A DNA stretch of 40,681 nt, from IMG/VR virus record IMGVR_UViG_3300032225_000838, positions 1 through 40,681 of that record; one strand, given 5' to 3'. Positions 36,452-40,681 of this stretch are shown here, piece by piece. Positions within the stretch are counted from its first letter, which is position 1. Each line of letters opens with the position of its first letter. The notes beneath the pieces are model-generated. The model made no database searches, was not told the origin of the DNA, and saw nothing but the letters and a program-made list of their open reading frames with translations. The position numbers were made by a program, and so were the translations under genes. This DNA is from a virus. Taxonomy: Duplodnaviria > Caudoviricetes.

Positions 36452-39257
36452 TGTACCGGGTAGCCCGATTTTGGTAATAGCCTTCAAAATCCATACTAAC
36501 TAAGGCACAAGGGTATGGAGTGTCATTATAAATATCTATGACTACCTCGTCATTTTTAGCCATAATTGGAAACCTATAAGCTCCGTCTTTTAAGGGGTTG
36601 TTCGGCATGATGGTGTCTACGGTATTAAGCTCAATACCGTTAAATATGTATTTGTAAGTAGCCCGGGCCAACGGAGTAACTTCAACTCTAAAATATCGTG
36701 TATTGTCATACATAATAGTCCCGGTACGCATCATATAGATACCAGAAGCAACTGACTGCTTACCTTGGCCTACAGACTCTCTAATCATTGGCCTAGATAC
36801 TCCATAATACATTGTGTAGGGCAATCCTATCCACATTGGCCTACCCGGGATAGCTCCTGTAACAGAAGGCGCAGTACCTAAGTGATTCCCAATAATTCGC
36901 AAATAGCTTATGCCGCCAGAAGTATAGATTGGCTTATATTGGTTTACTTGTTCAGCCATGTTAACTGCTGTCCAATAAGTAGTATTTGTAACAGCATTAC
37001 CTATGTTAGCATTAGTTACTGAGGTATACATGGAATTGTTATAATTAACAATTGACCCAATAGAATAGCTAGTTGTAGAAGAATACGTAGTATATTTTGA
37101 TGCTATTTCTGCCGCAGTTTTAGCAGTTGAAAGAGTTAAGTTATAACCTCCCGGCAACAGTTTAAAGTCAACGGAATCTGGGGGACTTGCAAAATCTTTG
37201 TCTGTATTGCTTAAATAAGCCGTAACAACTTGCATTTTAGTTGATTCTGGAACTTCATAAGGTAACCGCACACTTGTTAAGTTAGTATCAGCATTGTACG
37301 TAATATATCCAGAAGGAAGGTCCTTGCTGTACACCCGCCTATCCAAACAAGTCATAAACTCAGCGTAAGTATCTTTTAAACCAGCTTGAAAATAAACAGT
37401 TTCAATATTTACGTAAGTACCGTTTCTACGTATTAAAAGGTATAAATCAGTATTAATAAACTCTGCGTTTAGTACTTCTGAATCTGGCCCAAAATCAAAT
37501 TTAAACCAAGCAGACTGTAATTTTTGGTCCCCTTGGTAAAGATACTTATAAATGTAAACCCCTGTTTTAAACCCATCAGACATAATAGAAATTACTTCTT
37601 CATTCTCAGAAGTAGCAATTTTTGTAACATTACCTGCAATATATTTAGAAATAGCAGAAGTTATGTCTACAGCACTATATTGAAGGTTTTCATTAGATAC
37701 AAAATACTCTTGTATGCCGCTGAAATCTCCACGGCTAAACGGAAAATAAATATTCTTACCAGAAGTTACTGGTCCACAAATCATTGAATTTTCATATTCA
37801 GTTGTTTGTGCAACAGATACAGTCTTTGCGCTTAAAATATCTCCGCTAGACAATTTAAATTGAGTTTGGTCAGAAAACAAAACAAGCTTATCGTTAAAAG
37901 GTAAAGCATAATTAAGATAACTTACTTTTGCGGCAGTAGTAGCTACGTCAATTGGGTCAGCATCTACAAGCTGTGCAACAGTAGTCCTAAAAAAGTTAAA
38001 AAACTCACTAGCCTCTGAAAAAATAATGTTTTCATTTGCTAAAATACCCAATCTATTTTTAAAAAAACAAATATTACGTATTGGATTTCCAATAAAAGAT
38101 GGGTTTGGGTTTGTGTTTAGGTCCCCGGCAAGCCTATTAGTCCAAGTTAACCGTTTTACTGTAAAAACAGGCACTCCGTTAACAAAATTGCGTACAATTG
38201 CATGAGGCATAGTAGCGGCATTAAGAGCATAGGTAATACCCGGAGATACAGCTTCTTCCCATTTACCACTCCCATTAACTCCGTTATCAGCTTTAAATTT
38301 TACATAATAATCATCTCCAACTTGCTCAGGGTCAGAGCTAACTTTAGCAACAAAATCTTGAGTAGCATTTGCTGGTAGGTCTTGAAAAAGCTGAACAGTA
38401 TTTAGCCTATAACTTTGAACAAGTTTAAGAAGAGTATTAGAACCAGAATCAGATACTTTTATAGTAAACGTTGTGTTGGTTCCTCCTGTGATATATATAG
38501 AAGAACCATAAGCGGCACATGAAACACCAGAACCACTTAAAACTGTGTTTAATGCCGCAGTTAAGTAATCTGCTATAGTTTCTGTTTTAGCCGCATTTTC
38601 ATTATTTAAATTGCCATTATTTGTTGAAGTTGCGGTATTTGTGTCTTTTTGATACCAATAAAATCCAGAACCAGTACCATCTCCCTTTCCTGTCTGCACA
38701 TAAGCAGTATAAGTACTAGCTCCAACTTTAATAGTTACTGTATACTTTGAATTGTAAGCCCCCTGAGCAATATAAGCTATGGCTTCATACGGCCTTACTG
38801 CGTATATAGCACTATCCATAGCAGTTATTACATTCTTATTTAAAATAAATGTATAATCAGCTACACTTGAAGCTTGAAGATAAAATTGAGGATTTGAAGT
38901 AGCTGAACTTGAATCTTGAAAATATAAAGGATGACCACCAGACAAAGTTACCCCGGCATCATAATTGACTGTTCGCTCAATTCCATCAATCTCAAATATA
39001 CGTACCTGACCTGTTTTTTGAATAGTTACAAGATACCGTTCAGCAGAATCCCGATTAATTGTATGCAAAAACATACCCCCGGAAGCTGGTTGGAATAGCC
39101 GGGCTAAGTGAATAGATGGGGGCCGCTTAATTAAACCTTCTACAGCGGAAGAGTAGCCATTAATCTGCTCTCGGGCCTGAGACCCATAGCGCAGAGCATC
39201 AGATTGCTGACTAACTCCCCCAATTAGGTTGGGGATTGTTGTATTAAGTAAAGCCAT
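36444..39257 (-). CDS. Tail tubular protein B / nozzle (T7 gp12-like)
   Basis: IPNLIGGVSQQ, GL.KRP, TMPH, GD..TNP.PSF, FFKNRLG, FNFFRTT, DPID, QSAW motifs. Confidence 0.94.
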   Translation of the reverse strand: MALLNTTIPNLIGGVSQQSDALRYGSQAREQINGYSSAVEGLIKRPPSIHLARLFQPASGGMFLHTINRDSAERYLVTIQKTGQVRIFEIDGIERTVNYDAGVTLSGGHPLYFQDSSSATSNPQFYLQASSVADYTFILNKNVITAMDSAIYAVRPYEAIAYIAQGAYNSKYTVTIKVGASTYTAYVQTGKGDGTGSGFYWYQKDTNTATSTNNGNLNNENAAKTETIADYLTAALNTVLSGSGVSCAAYGSSIYITGGTNTTFTIKVSDSGSNTLLKLVQSYRLNTVQLFQDLPANATQDFVAKVSSDPEQVGDDYYVKFKADNGVNGSGKWEEAVSPGITYALNAATMPHAIVRNFVNGVPVFTVKRLTWTNRLAGDLNTNPNPSFIGNPIRNICFFKNRLGILANENIIFSEASEFFNFFRTTVAQLVDADPIDVATTAAKVSYLNYALPFNDKLVLFSDQTQFKLSSGDILSAKTVSVAQTTEYENSMICGPVTSGKNIYFPFSRGDFSGIQEYFVSNENLQYSAVDITSAISKYIAGNVTKIATSENEEVISIMSDGFKTGVYIYKYLYQGDQKLQSAWFKFDFGPDSEVLNAEFINTDLYLLIRRNGTYVNIETVYFQAGLKDTYAEFMTCLDRRVYSKDLPSGYITYNADTNLTSVRLPYEVPESTKMQVVTAYLSNTDKDFASPPDSVDFKLLPGGYNLTLSTAKTAAEIASKYTTYSSTTSYSIGSIVNYNNSMYTSVTNANIGNAVTNTTYWTAVNMAEQVNQYKPIYTSGGISYLRIIGNHLGTAPSVTGAIPGRPMWIGLPYTMYYGVSRPMIRESVGQGKQSVASGIYMMRTGTIMYDNTRYFRVEVTPLARATYKYIFNGIELNTVDTIMPNNPLKDGAYRFPIMAKNDEVVIDIYNDTPYPCALVSMDFEGYYQNRATRYNG

Positions 39258-39263
39258 TTACCT

Positions 39264-39845
39264 TTACCGATCTAAAACTCTTGTGACTGAATAGTTTGAG
39301 AAAATACTGTAATCTGCGCTATCTGTATCCCAAGCAACAATTTCACGCAAAGCTTGGTTTTCATCAACTGAGTTAGCAGAAGTTTGCTCGGCAGACCCAA
39401 TAATACGCTGAGAAAAGATGCGGCCAGCCCTTAGCACAACATAGCGTTTAACAATTTCTGGTAATTCTTCCCAAGAAAAAAATGAAACAACCTCTGCTTT
39501 AATATCAGCGGTAAATGTATAAGTATGATTTTTCTTATCATACAAATAATTTCCTCGAATAACAACGTCTGTATTTGGATACTCAAGTGGGTCGAGGTCA
39601 ACAGATAAAGCGTTATCTGGAACAATAATTTTACCATCACCACCAATAGGCAGAGTAACCCCTGTCTCCGTATTAAAATGCCATCCTTGGTATTGAATTT
39701 CTTTAGTTACTTCATCTAAAATAAGCTCTGCAATCTGCGAGTTAGCAGTATTAGCAATAAGTGAATTTACAGGAGCATCCCCTACAAGGGTTAGCATAGT
39801 ATTGACAGCTTCTAGTTTAGCAATTCGATGGGAATAGGTTGCCAT
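39264..39845 (-). CDS. Tail tubular protein A / adaptor (T7 gp11-like)
   Basis: LEAVN.ML..VG.APVNSL, GWHFNTE, RG..LYD motifs. Confidence 0.93.
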   Translation of the reverse strand: MATYSHRIAKLEAVNTMLTLVGDAPVNSLIANTANSQIAELILDEVTKEIQYQGWHFNTETGVTLPIGGDGKIIVPDNALSVDLDPLEYPNTDVVIRGNYLYDKKNHTYTFTADIKAEVVSFFSWEELPEIVKRYVVLRAGRIFSQRIIGSAEQTSANSVDENQALREIVAWDTDSADYSIFSNYSVTRVLDR

Positions 39846-39884
39846 ATATCCTTATTTTTTAGGTCTTATTTTTTAGAATACAAC

Positions 39885-39985
39885 AAAAAAAAGGGGATGC
39901 CACCCCTATGAATACGTTGGGAGGAGCCGTGGGTAAATGAATTAAACCACAGGGACAACGTATATAACATAGGAGTGACACCCCC
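39885..39985 (-). terminator. Long hairpin plus U8 after the capsid gene (T-phi position)
   Basis: GGGGUGUCACUCCUAUG pairs with CAUAGGGGUGGCAUCCCC, followed by 8 U; inner stems AUACGUUG/CAACGUAU and UGUGG/CCACG. Confidence 0.75.
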
Positions 39986-40000
39986 TAAATACTTATCTAA

Positions 40001-40681
40001 TTAAGCATCAATTGATAGCTCAACCGCACACTCGGGACGGAGAACTCCGTGGCCCATAGCGTACTTAGCAACCATCAACGTACCCTGACGCTCGATCTGG
40101 TATTCGCTCTCAACCGCAAGGTCAAGAAGCTTAACCGTACCGACTGCCGATGGGTGGAACACAAGACCAATCGTGTTGGTCATGTTCACGGCGTAGCTGT
40201 TCTGCGCCGCCGAGTCCGAGGAGGCTTGATTAGTAGTAGCGGTATAGTTATCAGCGGGTACATTGTTCGATTTCACAATCGTAACATTTGCAACCTTGGC
40301 AACACTACCGTCAACATAACTACCAGCCGGGGTCGGCTTGGAAGGGTCAGTCAATTCCTTAACGAGCAAGTAGTATTCCTTCGGACGCAACACGCAATAG
40401 CGTTGGTCATCTGGAACATTCTTCTCATCAAGGGTTTGAGCGGCTTCATAAATAGCGGCGGCGATTTCAGCCCCGGTATCCAAGCCGAGCGTACCCTTGT
40501 TCAACTTCGTTCCAACAGGCGCACCTGAGAACAAAGCCGAGCTAGTCCGAGCCGCTTTAGCAACGACCCGAGCAATCGTCTGATCGAAGGCTTTCGCAAG
40601 AGAGCGTCCAATCTCCGTAGTATAGATGGAACGCACATCATAATGATTCTGCGCTTCATCAATGTTAGCGATAAACGCCGA
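40001..40681 (-). CDS. Major capsid protein (T7 gp10-like), 3' part
   Basis: RS.Y..EIG..LA..FD, LDEKNVP...R, AVGTVKL.DL, KYAMGHGVLRPECA motifs. Confidence 0.95.
   Translation of the reverse strand, partial: SAFIANIDEAQNHYDVRSIYTTEIGRSLAKAFDQTIARVVAKAARTSSALFSGAPVGTKLNKGTLGLDTGAEIAAAIYEAAQTLDEKNVPDDQRYCVLRPKEYYLLVKELTDPSKPTPAGSYVDGSVAKVANVTIVKSNNVPADNYTATTNQASSDSAAQNSYAVNMTNTIGLVFHPSAVGTVKLLDLAVESEYQIERQGTLMVAKYAMGHGVLRPECAVELSIDA
40559..40681. repeat. Second copy of the 123-bp end overlap
   Basis: Identical to 1-123. Confidence 0.95.

Noticed and set aside
39990-40060. T7 10A/10B-type capsid frameshift extension
   Set aside because: No evident slippery sequence, and a terminator hairpin follows directly.
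85-40528. All plus-strand ORFs in the track (e.g. 85..438, 9482..9868, 27526..27948, 40049..40528)
   Set aside because: They are antisense shadows of well-supported minus-strand genes with no recognisable motifs.

Overview
The window is an apparently complete, circularly permuted T7-like podovirus (Autographiviridae-type) genome of about 40,558 bp. Bases 1-123 repeat at 40559-40681 and split the major capsid gene. All credible genes lie on the minus strand. Read from the predicted physical left end near 19303, the order is: GC-rich first-entering segment (DUF932 and Gp88-like genes), small early genes, tyrosine integrase, single-subunit RNA polymerase, SSB, endonuclease I, primase/helicase, 2OG-Fe(II) oxygenase, family A DNA polymerase, LAGLIDADG endonuclease, exonuclease, DUF4406, DUF5664, portal, scaffold, holin-like and spanin genes, capsid, tail tube A/B, internal virion proteins, tail fibre, TerS, accessory ORFs, TerL and lysozyme. 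The most striking unexplained signal is sequence-motif bias. CCWGG and GCWGC were not seen, CCGG occurs almost only as CCSGG, and CCSGG is packed at about 1 per 50 bp in the first-injected 2.5 kb. Other points of note are a T7-like end motif, a candidate phage promoter, two paralogous-tailed putative ejected proteins, and an intact integrase with no recognisable repressor. Family assignments come from motif recognition by eye and counts are manual. No database searches were run.
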